A stretch of 64,000 bases of DNA from an uncultured Thermoplasmatales archaeon (GCA_964527715.1 CAZGOD010000005.1:22793-86792), one strand, 5' to 3'; positions 37,889 to 49,636 are shown, counted from the first letter of the stretch. Translations and numbers: made by a program. Notes: generated by a model not told the origin, from the letters alone.

Positions 37889-39982
37889 TTATGTTTCACC
37901 TTTTTTCTTAGTAAAATCATGACGAGCTGTTATTTTTTCTTCAGATTCCAACTCAATTTTCGCTGATACATCTAAAGGCTTCATCGCTCTAAGTTTCTTC
38001 AATAACTCTTTTTTACCTGGACCTTCAAGAGCATTTTCTATAACCTCTGTTAACGTATCAACAGGAATAATCTCAATTTTATCCTTATATTTATCTTCAA
38101 CTAAAACATCATTAAGATTTGCCCTTGGAACTATTACTTTTTTAACACCTGCTTCAGCAGCAGCCTCAACCTTTGCTGTAGCACCACCTATAGGCAAAAC
38201 AGTACCACGAATACTAAGTGAACCAGTCATAGCAACATCCTGAGAAACAGGCACACCCTCCATAGCAGATATTACAGCAGTTATAACAGAAAGACTAGCT
38301 GAATCACCCTCCAACCCCTCATAAGTCCCGATAAACTGAATATGTATATCATGTTTCGAAATATCCTTACCCATATATTTCTTAATAATAGCTGAAATAT
38401 TCAAAACAGATTCCTTAGCAATCTCACCAAGTTTACCAGTAGCTATAACTTTACCCTCAGCCTGTGAACCCGCAGGAGTAACCTCAGCAACAATAGGCAA
38501 AACAAGACCACTAAACTCACTCATAGATGGATCCGCAGAATGAACAGCTAGACCATTAACAACACCTATCTCAGCACCCCTGGTTTTAAAAGAACGATAC
38601 TCTTTACGATGCTCAATAACCCTATCTACAACCTGTTGTTCAAGCGATTTCGCAATTTTCTTAGCCGCTAAAACATGCTCCTTTGTAACAATTTTATCCC
38701 CCTTTTCAACTGCTATATCACCTGCTGAACGAATAAGACCACCTAACTCACGGAGACGCAGAGAAAGTTTACCTTTTCTACCCGCTCGTCTTTTATCCTC
38801 ATGTATAGTTTCAGCAACAGCATCCTTATCAAAATGAGGAATCTTACCATCCTTCTGTACTTCCTGAGCAACAAAACGAATAAGTTTCGTCCTATTTTCA
38901 TCAGTATCATCCATGCTACTATTCAAATAGATCTCATAACCATAACCACGTATCCTAGAACGCAAAGCTGGATGCATTCCTTTTAACGCATCAAGGTTAC
39001 CCGCAGAAACCAGGATGAAATCACATGGAACTGCCTCTGTTTTAACCATAGCACCAAAACTACGCTCAGATTGACCAGTGATCTGAAATTTTTTCTCCTG
39101 AATAGCAGTGAGAAGATGCTGCTGTGATGGTAAATTCAATGTGTTAATTTCATCAATATATAGTACACCTTTATGGGCTCTATGAATAGAACCTGCTTCA
39201 ACGAGCTGATGCGGCGGTGTCTCTAAACCAGCGGATTGAAACGGGTCATGTCTAACATCACCAAGTAGAGCCCCTGAATGAGCCGCTGTAGCATCGATAA
39301 AAGGTGGCATATCCTTTTTTTCATGAGATACTAAAATTTTTGGAACCTGATTTAAACTATTACGTTGCGTCAACCCTCCTCTTGAAAAAATTATAAAAAT
39401 CATAAAAGCAAAAATCCCACCAATGAGCAAATATTCAATGTTAATCTTATCACTAGTTCCTGATAACACCCCATAAAAAGCTGCAAAAGCAGAAAGAAAC
39501 AGAATCATAAGAGCTATTGAAACTATCATACTGCTCTGCTGTTCTTTTTTCTTTTTTGCTTCTCTTCTCTGTGCCTTCACTATCTCATTTGCTTTCCCAC
39601 CAGGTACAACTCTTATATGCGGAGTATTTGAATCATCATTATTTGGATAAGCAATAATATCCTCTAACTCTTCTTTTGGAAGGAACACTGTCATAGCCCG
39701 GGCAACCATAGACTTCCCAGTACCCGGGTCACCAATAAGCATAACATGACGTTTTTGCTCTGCTGCTTTCCTAACAATTTCAACAGATTTATCCTGACCA
39801 ATAACTTGATCTAACAAAATCTCAGGAACCTCGATATCTTTGGTGGTTTTGAATTTTTGAGATTTAATCCATTGGTCAACAGGTGGTAACTCCTTTCTTT
39901 TCTTTTTTTTACCACTAGACTCTTTTTTTTCAATTTTCTGTAGCAATCTATCTACCTTGTAAACAATATCTTTATAACTCAC
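37889..39982 (-). CDS. lonB: Archaeal membrane-bound Lon protease (LonB).
   Basis: AAA+ Walker [11 protein letters not shown], a two-TM insertion inside the ATPase domain, S16 protease domain with catalytic Ser in GDSASLS, and a downstream Lys. Confidence 0.9.
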   Translation of the reverse strand: MSYKDIVYKVDRLLQKIEKKESSGKKKKRKELPPVDQWIKSQKFKTTKDIEVPEILLDQVIGQDKSVEIVRKAAEQKRHVMLIGDPGTGKSMVARAMTVFLPKEELEDIIAYPNNDDSNTPHIRVVPGGKANEIVKAQRREAKKKKEQQSSMIVSIALMILFLSAFAAFYGVLSGTSDKINIEYLLIGGIFAFMIFIIFSRGGLTQRNSLNQVPKILVSHEKKDMPPFIDATAAHSGALLGDVRHDPFQSAGLETPPHQLVEAGSIHRAHKGVLYIDEINTLNLPSQQHLLTAIQEKKFQITGQSERSFGAMVKTEAVPCDFILVSAGNLDALKGMHPALRSRIRGYGYEIYLNSSMDDTDENRTKLIRFVAQEVQKDGKIPHFDKDAVAETIHEDKRRAGRKGKLSLRLRELGGLIRSAGDIAVEKGDKIVTKEHVLAAKKIAKSLEQQVVDRVIEHRKEYRSFKTRGAEIGVVNGLAVHSADPSMSEFSGLVLPIVAEVTPAGSQAEGKVIATGKLGEIAKESVLNISAIIKKYMGKDISKHDIHIQFIGTYEGLEGDSASLSVITAVISAMEGVPVSQDVAMTGSLSIRGTVLPIGGATAKVEAAAEAGVKKVIVPRANLNDVLVEDKYKDKIEIIPVDTLTEVIENALEGPGKKELLKKLRAMKPLDVSAKIELESEEKITARHDFTKKKGET

Positions 39983-40164
39983 GACTAACCAACTCTAATT
40001 AAGAGTTTTCTCACCGCTGTTGTATATCCGAAACATATATCAACTTTTCTTTTAAATAATTATCAATTTACCTATACAAAATCTATTTTTATCGTCAAAA
40101 AACTAGAAACATTTATAAACTTCGAGATATTTTTTGCTTTTCAAGAATTTGTATAAAAATTTGG

Positions 40165-40596
40165 GTGGAGAAAAAAATAATGGCAAAGGATATGTATACC
40201 AAGATAGGAAGCTGGGCGTTTTTGATCGGCATACTAATAGCACTAATTGTCGGTCTCTATACTGCATATACAATAGAAGCAGAAGGAGAAACTATGTTTC
40301 TCGCTACTGATGCCGGCGGATGGGTTGTCTGGCTACTAGCAGTACTCGGTGCAATTGTAGGAATCCTAGCATTCATCGGTAAGGGGACAATTACTGCGAA
40401 GGAAGGACCTGGCTTTTTAATGGCAGGAATAGCACTTCTGGTAATGGCACCGGCATTCTGGACAATGACCACATGGATAACTGGTCCATGGATAGGGGGT
40501 TTGTTAGCCGGCATATCAATGTGCCTAGCAATATTTGTCGCACCAGCTGTTGGCCTATTAGCAATAAAAGCAATATGGAAGATGGGAAAAGACTAA
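40165..40596 (+). CDS. Small 4-TM membrane protein. Paralog of 20895..21320.
   Basis: Shared N- and C-terminal motifs (see 20895..21320). Confidence 0.6.
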   Translation: MEKKIMAKDMYTKIGSWAFLIGILIALIVGLYTAYTIEAEGETMFLATDAGGWVVWLLAVLGAIVGILAFIGKGTITAKEGPGFLMAGIALLVMAPAFWTMTTWITGPWIGGLLAGISMCLAIFVAPAVGLLAIKAIWKMGKD

Positions 40597-40624
40597 ACTT
40601 TTCTTATCTCTCTTTTTCTTTTCT

Positions 40625-40783
40625 TTATTTTAAAAAATACCAAGCTAAAAAGAATAATATACCTATTATCATGAAGACTATCCAAAGAATGTAACCGATT
40701 TTTATTCTAACTAACCATTTTGCTTTTTTCTCAGGAGTATCAAAAAATCTTCCCAAAATAGGGTCATCTTCAATCCTTGTCAT
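40625..40783 (-). CDS. Unlisted 52-aa single-TM protein (MTRIEDDPILGRFFDTPEKKAKWLVRIKIGYILWIVFMIIGILFFLAWYFLK). It begins 2 nt after the atpD stop, in an ahaG-like position.
   Basis: ATG at 40783, directly after the atpD TAA (40786..40788). One strongly hydrophobic C-terminal helix. Too short for the ORF track. Confidence 0.4.
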   Translation of the reverse strand: MTRIEDDPILGRFFDTPEKKAKWLVRIKIGYILWIVFMIIGILFFLAWYFLK

Positions 40784-40785
40784 AC

Positions 40786-41430
40786 TTATGCTTTTTTTGA
40801 TTCCATAAGGGCTTTAATACGTTTTCTACGAAGGAAATCCTCACGTTCTCTCTCCTCAAGTTGCATTTCAATATACTTCCTTGTAGCATGTAGACTAGGT
40901 ATTAAATTATTCTCAAGAACATTAACTCTTCTCTTGGTTTTTTCTATCTCAATAGCAAGAGATTTTATTCCCCCTTCAAGATCAGCGAGATTAAGTAACT
41001 TAGACATTAAATCATTGAATTTTATCTGTGCATCATCAAATTTTGAACATGTTTCAAAAAAACCATAAAACATGTTATCCTCTTTTTTTAAGTTCTCCGT
41101 ATCTACTTTTGGGATTTTTACTCCCATGATATTATCTTTTTCAAAACCTATTTCACCCATGTCATCTGCTAATTGTGAGATTTCTTCAACTTTTTTTTCA
41201 CCCATTATCATCTGAGCCTGTATCAAAGATAGATATGCATCTTTGAATTCATCATCTATCTCTTTTGATAATTGATTTCTCTTTTCAATTATGCTAAAAA
41301 ATCTTTCAACTATTGCATCACGTTTTTCCTCTAGTAGTTTATGTCCTTTTTCTGCTAAGGTTAGTTTTTTCCGTATTTCCAGTAGTTCCATCCGTGTAGG
41401 GTTTACACCCTCAATTTTTTGCTCCGTCAT
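40786..41430 (-). CDS. atpD: A-type ATP synthase subunit D.
   Basis: N-terminus (V)NPTRMELL...K..L..A..GH.LL..K.D. Confidence 0.9.
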   Translation of the reverse strand: MTEQKIEGVNPTRMELLEIRKKLTLAEKGHKLLEEKRDAIVERFFSIIEKRNQLSKEIDDEFKDAYLSLIQAQMIMGEKKVEEISQLADDMGEIGFEKDNIMGVKIPKVDTENLKKEDNMFYGFFETCSKFDDAQIKFNDLMSKLLNLADLEGGIKSLAIEIEKTKRRVNVLENNLIPSLHATRKYIEMQLEEREREDFLRRKRIKALMESKKA

Positions 41431-41432
41431 TC

Positions 41433-42836
41433 TCAGCTACTCTTTTTTCCTTCTTTTTCTTTTTTAGAGTATTTTTTGATATATTTTTCATCTATTTTTT
41501 TAAGCTCAGAAAGAGGTAACGCAGATAACAATTCCCATCCAATTGTTAATGTCTGTATTATACTTCTATCATCATGACTACCTTGACGTACAAACTTGTT
41601 TTCAAATTCATCAGCGAATTTCAAATATTTTCTATCACGATCTGACAGTGCATCTTCTCCTACTATTGCTACTAGATCACGTAGATCACATCCCTCAGCG
41701 TATGCAGCATATAACTGGTTGGAAACACCTGCATGGTCCTCTCGGGTACGTCCTTCTCCTATTCCACGATCCATTAGACGTGATAAACAGGGTAACACTG
41801 CGATAGGTGGGTAAATATCTTTTTTATGAAGTCCCCTCTCCAACACAATCTGCCCCTCAGTGATATAACCAGTGAGATCAGGGATTGGATGTGTTATATC
41901 ATCATCAGGCATGGTAAGCATAGGAATCTGTGTTATCGATCCTTTTTTACCTTTGATTCTACCAGCTCTCTCATAAATCATGGCGAGATCGGTATACATA
42001 TAACCAGGGTAACCACGTCGACCTGGCACCTCTTCTCTAGCTGCTGCTATTTCACGTAGTGCCTCTGCATAATTCGTAAGATCCGTTAAAATAACGAGTA
42101 CTTGCATGTCCAAATCAAAAGCTAGATACTCAGCACAAGTAAGAGCTAGACGTGGTAGAATAATACGTTCAATAGTAGGATCATCTGCTAAGTTTAGGAA
42201 CATAACTGTACGCTCAAGAGCACCAGTGTTTTCAAAATCCTTAATAAACAAGTTAGCCTCCTCAAATGTTATACCCATCGCGCAGAACACCACTGCGAAT
42301 TTTCCCTCTTTACCAAGAACTTTCGCTTGCCTAGCAATCTGAGCAGCAATCTCATTATGAGGCAGACCAGACCCTGAAAAAATAGGGAGCTTCTGACCAC
42401 GGACAAGCGTGTTAAGACCATCTATAGTGGAAACACCTGTCTGAATGAACTCACGTGGATACTCACGCGAGTATGGATTTATAGGACTACCATTAATATC
42501 CCTTCTATCCTCAGGGATAATAGGCGGTGCATTATCAATAGGGTTACCCATCCCATTAAAAACCCGACCAAGCATATCTTTTGATACACCCAATTTCATT
42601 GTTTCCCCTATGAAACGAGCAGAGGTTTTATCAGTGTCAAGACCACGGGTACCCTCAAAAACCTGGACAACAGCTTTATTCATAAATGCCTCTAAAACCT
42701 GCCCAGTTCTCTCTTCACCAAAAGATGTCCTAATTTTAACAACTTCATTATATGCTACATCCTTTATCCCATTGACAATCATAAGAGGACCAGTAACCTC
42801 AGAAACTGTGGTATATTCTATGTCCTTATTGCTCAT
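41433..42836 (-). CDS. atpB: A-type ATP synthase subunit B.
   Basis: Non-catalytic nucleotide-binding subunit. 467 aa, no intein. Confidence 0.9.
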   Translation of the reverse strand: MSNKDIEYTTVSEVTGPLMIVNGIKDVAYNEVVKIRTSFGEERTGQVLEAFMNKAVVQVFEGTRGLDTDKTSARFIGETMKLGVSKDMLGRVFNGMGNPIDNAPPIIPEDRRDINGSPINPYSREYPREFIQTGVSTIDGLNTLVRGQKLPIFSGSGLPHNEIAAQIARQAKVLGKEGKFAVVFCAMGITFEEANLFIKDFENTGALERTVMFLNLADDPTIERIILPRLALTCAEYLAFDLDMQVLVILTDLTNYAEALREIAAAREEVPGRRGYPGYMYTDLAMIYERAGRIKGKKGSITQIPMLTMPDDDITHPIPDLTGYITEGQIVLERGLHKKDIYPPIAVLPCLSRLMDRGIGEGRTREDHAGVSNQLYAAYAEGCDLRDLVAIVGEDALSDRDRKYLKFADEFENKFVRQGSHDDRSIIQTLTIGWELLSALPLSELKKIDEKYIKKYSKKEKEGKKSS

Positions 42837-42839
42837 GTT

Positions 42840-44618
42840 TTATCTAACCCCCTTGACAAGAGTTTCTATTTCTTTCCCCATTTCAGCCTCAATTTCTTTG
42901 AAACGTTTTTCAAACTGTTTATTTGAAACTGTTTTCATCCTAGCTAGGTTCTCACGAGAATGCATAGAAACGATATCATCAATATGAACACCTTTATCAG
43001 ATGCCTCAAGTATTTTATCCGAATACAATAGCATCAACCGGAGCATCTCATATTGTTTTTTACTTGGACAATAGGTATCTACCTCATGGAATGCACTCTG
43101 TTGAAGGAAATCCTCACGTATCATCCTCGCACTCTCTAAGAACGCCCGCTCCCGAGGTGGTAATGCATCAGGTCCAACAAGTTTCACGATTTCCTGTAGC
43201 TCTGATTCTTTTTGAAGAATAGCCATAGCGCGGTTACGTAGTTTAAGCCAGTCACTACCAATTTCTTTATGCCACCATTCACGGACTTCATCAAGATGAA
43301 GTGAATAGGATTTCAACCAGTTAACAGATGGAAAATGTCTCCTATCAGCTAAATCCGCATCTAACGCCCAGAAAACTTTGACAATACGAAGTGTGTTCTG
43401 AGCCACGGGTTCTGAGAAATCACCACCCGGTGGAGATACTGCGCCCATAACAGAGACAGATCCCTCTTTGTTTTTTGTTCCAAGTAGTTTTACTCTACCC
43501 GCTCGCTCATAAAATTCAGCTAAACGCGAAGCAAGATACGCCGGGTATCCCTCTTCACCAGGCATCTCCTCTAACCTCCCAGAAATCTCTCGCATAGCCT
43601 CAGCCCAACGAGAAGTACTATCCGCCATTAGAGCTACATCAAAACCCATATCACGATAGTACTCCGCGATAGTTATACCAGTATATACACTAGCATCACG
43701 AGCAGCAACAGGCATATTCGAAGTATTAGCAATAAGCACTGTACGATTCATCAAAGGCTCACCAGATTTAGGATCCTCAAGCTTAGGGAACTCACGTAGT
43801 ACATCTGTCATCTCATTTCCACGTTCACCACATCCTACATAGACGACTACTTGAGCATCACTCCATTTAGCAAACTGATGAAGTGCAACAGTTTTACCAG
43901 TTCCAAAACCACCAGGTATCGCAGCAGTTCCACCCTTAGAAACAGGGAAAAACGTGTCAACAACCCGTTGACCCGTTATAAGAGGCAGAGTAGGATCATA
44001 TTTTTTTGCAACAGGCCGGGGTTTACGAACTGGCCATCTATGCATCATCTGAAGTTTTACATCACCCTTATCTGTTGATGCTACAGCAATATCATCCTCA
44101 ACAGTAAAATCTCCTTCTTTCTCAATTGATAAAAGTTTACCAGTTATATCTGGTGGAACCATAATTTTATGTTTAACAATAGAGGTTTCCTGTACCTCCC
44201 CTATAACATCACAGCCTTCTAGTTTATCACCAGGTTTCACATTTGGTTTGAAATGCCATTTCTTTTTACGATCCAGCGCATAGGCTTCTACACCACGTGT
44301 TATGAAATCACCTGTTTCTTTGAAAATATCAGGTAACGGTCTTTGTATACCATCATAAATATTTGTGAGCAACCCAGGCCCAAGTTCCACAGATAGGGGC
44401 ATACCAGTCGATATAACTTTTTCACCAGGTTTCAAACCCGTGGTATCTTCATAGACCTGTATTATTGCGTTATCCTCATTTAAACGGATTATTTCACCTA
44501 TCAAATTTTCTTCTCCAACCCTTACAACATCATACATTTTTGCACCACGCATACCATCTGCTTCTACGACTGGGCCAGAGATTCGAATGATTTTTCCTTC
44601 TTGTTTTCCTTCAGACAT
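42840..44618 (-). CDS. atpA: A-type ATP synthase catalytic subunit A. The start is reassigned to [18 protein letters not shown].
   Basis: Walker [17 protein letters not shown] Shine-Dalgarno 8 nt upstream of ATG 44618. No intein. Confidence 0.9.
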   Translation of the reverse strand: MSEGKQEGKIIRISGPVVEADGMRGAKMYDVVRVGEENLIGEIIRLNEDNAIIQVYEDTTGLKPGEKVISTGMPLSVELGPGLLTNIYDGIQRPLPDIFKETGDFITRGVEAYALDRKKKWHFKPNVKPGDKLEGCDVIGEVQETSIVKHKIMVPPDITGKLLSIEKEGDFTVEDDIAVASTDKGDVKLQMMHRWPVRKPRPVAKKYDPTLPLITGQRVVDTFFPVSKGGTAAIPGGFGTGKTVALHQFAKWSDAQVVVYVGCGERGNEMTDVLREFPKLEDPKSGEPLMNRTVLIANTSNMPVAARDASVYTGITIAEYYRDMGFDVALMADSTSRWAEAMREISGRLEEMPGEEGYPAYLASRLAEFYERAGRVKLLGTKNKEGSVSVMGAVSPPGGDFSEPVAQNTLRIVKVFWALDADLADRRHFPSVNWLKSYSLHLDEVREWWHKEIGSDWLKLRNRAMAILQKESELQEIVKLVGPDALPPRERAFLESARMIREDFLQQSAFHEVDTYCPSKKQYEMLRLMLLYSDKILEASDKGVHIDDIVSMHSRENLARMKTVSNKQFEKRFKEIEAEMGKEIETLVKGVR

Positions 44619-44643
44619 AATTTTTCTGCCTCCAAACATTTTT

Positions 44644-44967
44644 CTATTTAACTTCAACTCCAACTGCTTTTTTTACAAGATGTGAAACAAAATCTACATG
44701 ATCCTCAATTCTTCCCCTTTTATCGGGTATCTCCAAAACAATAGGGATATTATTTCTAAGCCTGTAATCCTTAAGTGTTTTACCAATATCTTCTGAGATT
44801 TTTTCAGTTATAAAAACAATACCTATATCCTCTCTATCTGTCAGGTTATTCCAAATTTTAACAGCATCCTCTCCGGGTGTGTATAATTCTTGTACCCCTG
44901 CTAGTCGTAGTCCAACTGCTGTGTCTCTGTCACATATACCAATTATTTTCACTAGGATGCCTCCCAT
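44644..44967 (-). CDS. atpF: A-type ATP synthase subunit F.
   Basis: 107 aa. Position between the C and A subunits. Confidence 0.8.
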   Translation of the reverse strand: MGGILVKIIGICDRDTAVGLRLAGVQELYTPGEDAVKIWNNLTDREDIGIVFITEKISEDIGKTLKDYRLRNNIPIVLEIPDKRGRIEDHVDFVSHLVKKAVGVEVK

Positions 44968-46070
44968 ACAAGGTATTTTTTAATAATATCTGGCGAAAGT
45001 TTTTCACTTACGCCTTTTGCTATGATTTTAAGATTTCTTATTTCAAACTCTTTTGATACAAGGAACCTAATCGTAGGGCCAATGTTGATATAGTTCTTCA
45101 TTGAAAGATCCCCTACTAGTTTCAAAAACTGACCATCAAGTGCTTTTTCAAGAATTTGTACCGAGTCTTCTTTGTTGTATTGTTCAATTGCGTTTTTTAA
45201 CACATCATAATACGAGGTACCCTCAATGCTAGCAATCACCTGTGATACTGAATCAACCTCTGTCATCTCATTAAATTTCCATGGCGCAATTTCTCGTCCT
45301 TCACCAACGAAAAGTTTCTTACATGATTCCTCATTGTAACCAAGTTTTTTTGCTCGTAGAACATTTTTTATGTTCCGTATGTCCATCATTGTACTGATAA
45401 ATTTCTGTGTTGGTTTTTCACAGTTATAGGGTAATTTTACCTGTTTAAACTTGTTGATTACATGTTTATCTATGGCTGTGTCAAACATGAGAATATCCAC
45501 TTTTTCATCTGATACAGCATCTATTACTTCTTGTTCAAAACCATAGTCTTTCAGTATCTTTGGTAACTCTCCCTTCTCAGCATCCTTGATTTTCTGTAAT
45601 AACTCTTTTGTCTCCATGGGAATAGACTCATCAATTTCTATCTCCTCGGTTTTACCTAGCAACATTTTTTTAAGCTCGTTTTTAACCAAGTAAATATTCA
45701 TTTTTTCCCGGTACATATCATAGAAACCCTTCATTTCTTTTGAACTACCTTTTTTCATCATCTCAACTATATGGAGAAAATTATCATCCAGGGATTTCTG
45801 AACTGAATATGTATCTTCACCAACTACATTGTAATCTTTAGCTGAGTTAACTGTCTCCTTAAAAGTATGAAGATCTCTACTCTCCACTATGTTACTAAGT
45901 TCCTTATCCGTTACATACGGGTTTCCCATCGCTTCAAACAAAGCATTAGGATAAGCGAATTTAACATGAGTTAAGAAAGGCCTGAAAATCAACCCCATAA
46001 TAACTACAACAATGGATAGAATAAGAATCCAGAAAAACAAATTATATGGGTTTAATAACCATTCAAGCAA
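44952..46070 (-). CDS. atpC: A-type ATP synthase subunit C (V-type d homolog).
   Basis: 372 aa, helical. Operon position. Confidence 0.8.
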   Translation of the reverse strand: MLEWLLNPYNLFFWILILSIVVVIMGLIFRPFLTHVKFAYPNALFEAMGNPYVTDKELSNIVESRDLHTFKETVNSAKDYNVVGEDTYSVQKSLDDNFLHIVEMMKKGSSKEMKGFYDMYREKMNIYLVKNELKKMLLGKTEEIEIDESIPMETKELLQKIKDAEKGELPKILKDYGFEQEVIDAVSDEKVDILMFDTAIDKHVINKFKQVKLPYNCEKPTQKFISTMMDIRNIKNVLRAKKLGYNEESCKKLFVGEGREIAPWKFNEMTEVDSVSQVIASIEGTSYYDVLKNAIEQYNKEDSVQILEKALDGQFLKLVGDLSMKNYINIGPTIRFLVSKEFEIRNLKIIAKGVSEKLSPDIIKKYLVWEAS

Positions 46071-46084
46071 TTCAACACCCTATT

Positions 46085-46648
46085 CTATTCAGAGAAAAGC
46101 ACCGTCCCTACCTTTCTTCTTATTTCATCTTTCTTCCGCTTTATTACACCATCAAAAGTATTATCCAAGGTTATTTTTCCATCAATAGATCTTAGTATTA
46201 CTCCTCCAGATTTCTCCACGGTTCTTATTACTTCCAGTCCCATGTTTTTAGCGATTTCTCTGTCAATACTTCTTGATACGATCACGTTACATCGTCCACC
46301 AAGTTTTTTGAGCCCCTCTTCTGTCAGCTTTGTAACTGTTTTCTTATATTCCGCCTTGCTAAGCGTTGACAGTTTATGATGCGCTTTTGTAAAACAATCC
46401 TCAATTATTTTTTCCCTTGCGTTCATTATATTCCTTTTCGTGTCTTGACTTGCTTTTGAAATCTGGATTTTTTTAATGTTTTCACTTTGTTTTTCCCCAT
46501 TTTGTAAGATTTTTTCTGCTTCTTGTTCTGCTTCTTTTTTACTGTCATTTATTATCTGAGTGGCTTGTTTCTCTGCTTCTTTTAGTATCTGTTTTATCTC
46601 TTTTTCTGAATCTTTTTTGATTCGTTCAATGATTTTTTCTGCTGTCAT
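46085..46648 (-). CDS. atpE: A-type ATP synthase subunit E.
   Basis: 187 aa. N-terminal charged coiled coil plus a C-terminal globular domain. Operon position. Confidence 0.8.
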   Translation of the reverse strand: MTAEKIIERIKKDSEKEIKQILKEAEKQATQIINDSKKEAEQEAEKILQNGEKQSENIKKIQISKASQDTKRNIMNAREKIIEDCFTKAHHKLSTLSKAEYKKTVTKLTEEGLKKLGGRCNVIVSRSIDREIAKNMGLEVIRTVEKSGGVILRSIDGKITLDNTFDGVIKRKKDEIRRKVGTVLFSE

Positions 46649-46659
46649 ATTACTTCCAT

Positions 46660-47265
46660 CTATAATAGTCCTAATCCAGTCATGAGAAGTATGCCTACGA
46701 GTAAACCGAAGATAGCAATAGTCTCAGGCATTACAGTATAAATTATTCCTCTAGCTGCAACATTTGGGTTTCTAGCTGTGGCACTTATTGATGCACTTGC
46801 TACCATACCTTGATTAGCAGCTGAAATACCTGTAAGTCCTACTACTAGTCCTATTCCTATTGCAGATGTTCCAATCATTGGGTTAGATAGATCTGCTGAT
46901 GCGCTTCCACCTAGGAGCCCCGCACCCATCATTAGTAATATAGCTGTTAGAAGTCCATATACTGCCTGAGTCATTGGTAATACCTGGAAGACTAAGCATC
47001 TACCGAATAACTCTGGTTTTTCACCTGTTACTGCTACCGCAGAGGTTCCAGCTAACATTAGACCAAGCGCGGATCCTACTCCCGCTATGCCCATCGCAAG
47101 TGCGCAACCTATTACAATCATTGACTGCGTTTCTCCTTCTTTCCCGGCTAAAGGCTCTGCTGCTGCGGTTCCCGCTGTCATTATAAGAGCCATGATAGCC
47201 AGTAGGATTAGTGCTGCTCTTACTTTCATTTTTCTTTTTTCCATTCTTTTTTCCTCCATATACAT
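46660..47265 (-). CDS. atpK: A-type ATP synthase proteolipid subunit K (c). Duplicated 4-TM form with an N-terminal extension.
   Basis: Two hairpins. Only the second carries the carboxylate (MPETIAIFG). The first has LPMTQAVYG. Gly/Ala-rich helices. Confidence 0.85.
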   Translation of the reverse strand: MYMEEKRMEKRKMKVRAALILLAIMALIMTAGTAAAEPLAGKEGETQSMIVIGCALAMGIAGVGSALGLMLAGTSAVAVTGEKPELFGRCLVFQVLPMTQAVYGLLTAILLMMGAGLLGGSASADLSNPMIGTSAIGIGLVVGLTGISAANQGMVASASISATARNPNVAARGIIYTVMPETIAIFGLLVGILLMTGLGLL

Positions 47266-47281
47266 TTTTTTTTAACCTATT

Positions 47282-49276
47282 CTACTCCTTTGTTTTAGTA
47301 TATTTTCTTTTTATAGAGAAAGGCTTAAATTCATGTCCACCTCCCTCATAAAACCTGTTGAAAAATTCAACATATTGAAGCCTAAGAGAATGAACCCCTG
47401 CTCCGAGAGCTTGAAGCCCTAGATTTATTGCATGCATTAATACAAGTAGAATTACCATTACTATCACACCAATAATTTGGATTGGTATCATATCAGCGAA
47501 TAACTTTGCAATAATGTTAAAAGCAAGTGCCATACCTGCTGTAGCAAGACCCAGTGCAAGAAGACGTGCATATGAAAGCCAGTCGCCAACAAAACCAGTA
47601 ATATCAAAGAAACCAAGTGGACCAGCATGCCATATTCGTAAAACAAGACCAATAATCACAAGAATAAGTGCAAAATAAAATTCAACTGTTCCTAAACTCA
47701 CCAGGTGAAGCAAAGAGTCTCCCAGGAGTAAACCTCCACCAAGTTCTAATAATAGCCATGAGGAATGATTTGCAAATAATTCCTTAAAATCCCTGTTTTT
47801 ATAGGATTGATAAATAGCTAGTATAATACCTATGTTAAGATGTATCAAACCAAAAAGAAGTGCTATCGTCAGAATTGTGAGAGGATCGCGAAGAGGCTCA
47901 ATAGGTAGATGTACACCCCCGATAGTTAGACTATAAAGAGGCTGATCTGGGTTGTTATAAAAGAACCGTGGTATAAGATCCCCAAAAAAACCATTAGTTA
48001 AAAAACCTACAATCGTGGTTGTTAGACCAAGCCATATACCTAAAAAAGCCCAGCCTCTGATAAATCCACTAAATTTTGAAAACTTAATATACCCAAATAA
48101 AGAAAGTGAAAGAATTATAAGACCATAACCAGCATCTCCAAGCATAACACCAAAAAACAGGACAAAAAATATACCCATGATAATCGTAGGGTTAATCTCA
48201 TTATACTTTGGAGTAGAAAAAAGCTCAAGAAGTGTACGGAAAGATGATGCCCATTTAGGTGTCTCAATATAAGTAGGTGGGTTATCAGGGTTAGCACTGG
48301 GTGTCTCTAAATTACAAACAACATGGTTTTTAGCTACATCATCAACCGAAGCCTTTAACTTATTCTCATTTTTTTCTAAAGCCCATCCTTTAATGACATA
48401 GGTAGTGTTAGTTTTTGCAAAGTTTTTAGTGACCTCTTTTCTCATCTGTTCAAGTTGTATCTCCTCACGTAATGCAAGTAAATCCGGTAGATGATCCTTA
48501 GCATATTTCCGAAGTTGTGCAACAATTTTTCCTCGTTCTTTACCTATTTCTTTTTTATCTTGCTTTAACTGTTCAAGAATCTCATTTGGGGTTCCAGACA
48601 AATTATCAAGGTTGAACTCAATGATTCCTCCCCGGGATATTTTATCGATTTTATCTTTCTCAGATATATGTGCAACAACTACTACTGCCCATTCAACGTT
48701 TTTACCTGTTCCAAATTGTTTAGAAAAAATAGTGACGTTTTCAATTTGATCAATTGCTTTTTTCAGGCCCTGAAGATCAATGGTTTTACCTGCTTTAACA
48801 ATGAGATAATCTGTTTCACCAAGATATGAGAGATCCATTTCGAAATCTTTTAGATACTCAACCTGCTGGATAACATTCTTTATATCCTCTCTTTTTTCAC
48901 TTAGCTCCTTTAGTTGTTGTTCACCCTTAATTATATGTTTTTCAATTTCATCTAATACCCCTTCAGCATATGAACAAAGCTCATCAAGAGTTTCCTCATC
49001 AACATGTTTAACCTCGGGCAACTGAGGACGCAATATAGCTTTGAAACCACCAGGCTTTTTTTGTATGCTATTTAAAATATCAATAATTCTGCTCAGTCTG
49101 AGCTCATAAGTTGTACAAACACTAGCATCAGGATGCATACTAGCATTTTTAGCGTATTCCGAGGTTTCAGGGTCTTCTTTTGCTATATCAATTATCTCCA
49201 TCAAACCAGTTTCATGTAGTCTCTGTATAACGTCTTCTATATAGTTTTGATGTACAATTAATGTAACCTTTCTCAT
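47282..49276 (-). CDS. atpI: A-type ATP synthase subunit I (a subunit).
   Basis: Hydrophilic N-terminal half and about 7-8 C-terminal TM helices containing the conserved Arg region. 664 aa. Confidence 0.85.
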   Translation of the reverse strand: MRKVTLIVHQNYIEDVIQRLHETGLMEIIDIAKEDPETSEYAKNASMHPDASVCTTYELRLSRIIDILNSIQKKPGGFKAILRPQLPEVKHVDEETLDELCSYAEGVLDEIEKHIIKGEQQLKELSEKREDIKNVIQQVEYLKDFEMDLSYLGETDYLIVKAGKTIDLQGLKKAIDQIENVTIFSKQFGTGKNVEWAVVVVAHISEKDKIDKISRGGIIEFNLDNLSGTPNEILEQLKQDKKEIGKERGKIVAQLRKYAKDHLPDLLALREEIQLEQMRKEVTKNFAKTNTTYVIKGWALEKNENKLKASVDDVAKNHVVCNLETPSANPDNPPTYIETPKWASSFRTLLELFSTPKYNEINPTIIMGIFFVLFFGVMLGDAGYGLIILSLSLFGYIKFSKFSGFIRGWAFLGIWLGLTTTIVGFLTNGFFGDLIPRFFYNNPDQPLYSLTIGGVHLPIEPLRDPLTILTIALLFGLIHLNIGIILAIYQSYKNRDFKELFANHSSWLLLELGGGLLLGDSLLHLVSLGTVEFYFALILVIIGLVLRIWHAGPLGFFDITGFVGDWLSYARLLALGLATAGMALAFNIIAKLFADMIPIQIIGVIVMVILLVLMHAINLGLQALGAGVHSLRLQYVEFFNRFYEGGGHEFKPFSIKRKYTKTKE

Positions 49277-49297
49277 TGGAGCTGGAAATAAAATTGT

Positions 49298-49636
49298 TTA
49301 CTCCCCCTTTTCAACCTCTTTTATTATCAACTCAACAGCTTTTGAAATTTTTTCATCAACGTTTTTTTGTATAGCTGTGATTTCTTTTTCACTCTGGCTC
49401 TTTATCTTAATGATATCTTTTTCTGCAGAGTCCTCAGCTTTCTTTAACATTTTTTTAACTTTATCCTCTACAGTTTTGATAATTTTTTGTTTTTCCTTCT
49501 TAGCGTCCCCATAAGATTTTTCAATGATTTTCTCAGCATCTTTTTTTGATTTTTCTATTGACTGAAGAGCCTTATTTTCAGCTTCCTTGATATCTTTAAT
49601 TGTTTTAGATGCCATACTTGATACCCGTAATAACAA
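49298..49636 (-). CDS. atpH: A-type ATP synthase subunit H. The start may be the internal Met (MASKTIKD).
   Basis: Charged coiled-coil protein of 100-112 aa at the head of the operon. Confidence 0.7.
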   Translation of the reverse strand: MLLRVSSMASKTIKDIKEAENKALQSIEKSKKDAEKIIEKSYGDAKKEKQKIIKTVEDKVKKMLKKAEDSAEKDIIKIKSQSEKEITAIQKNVDEKISKAVELIIKEVEKGE

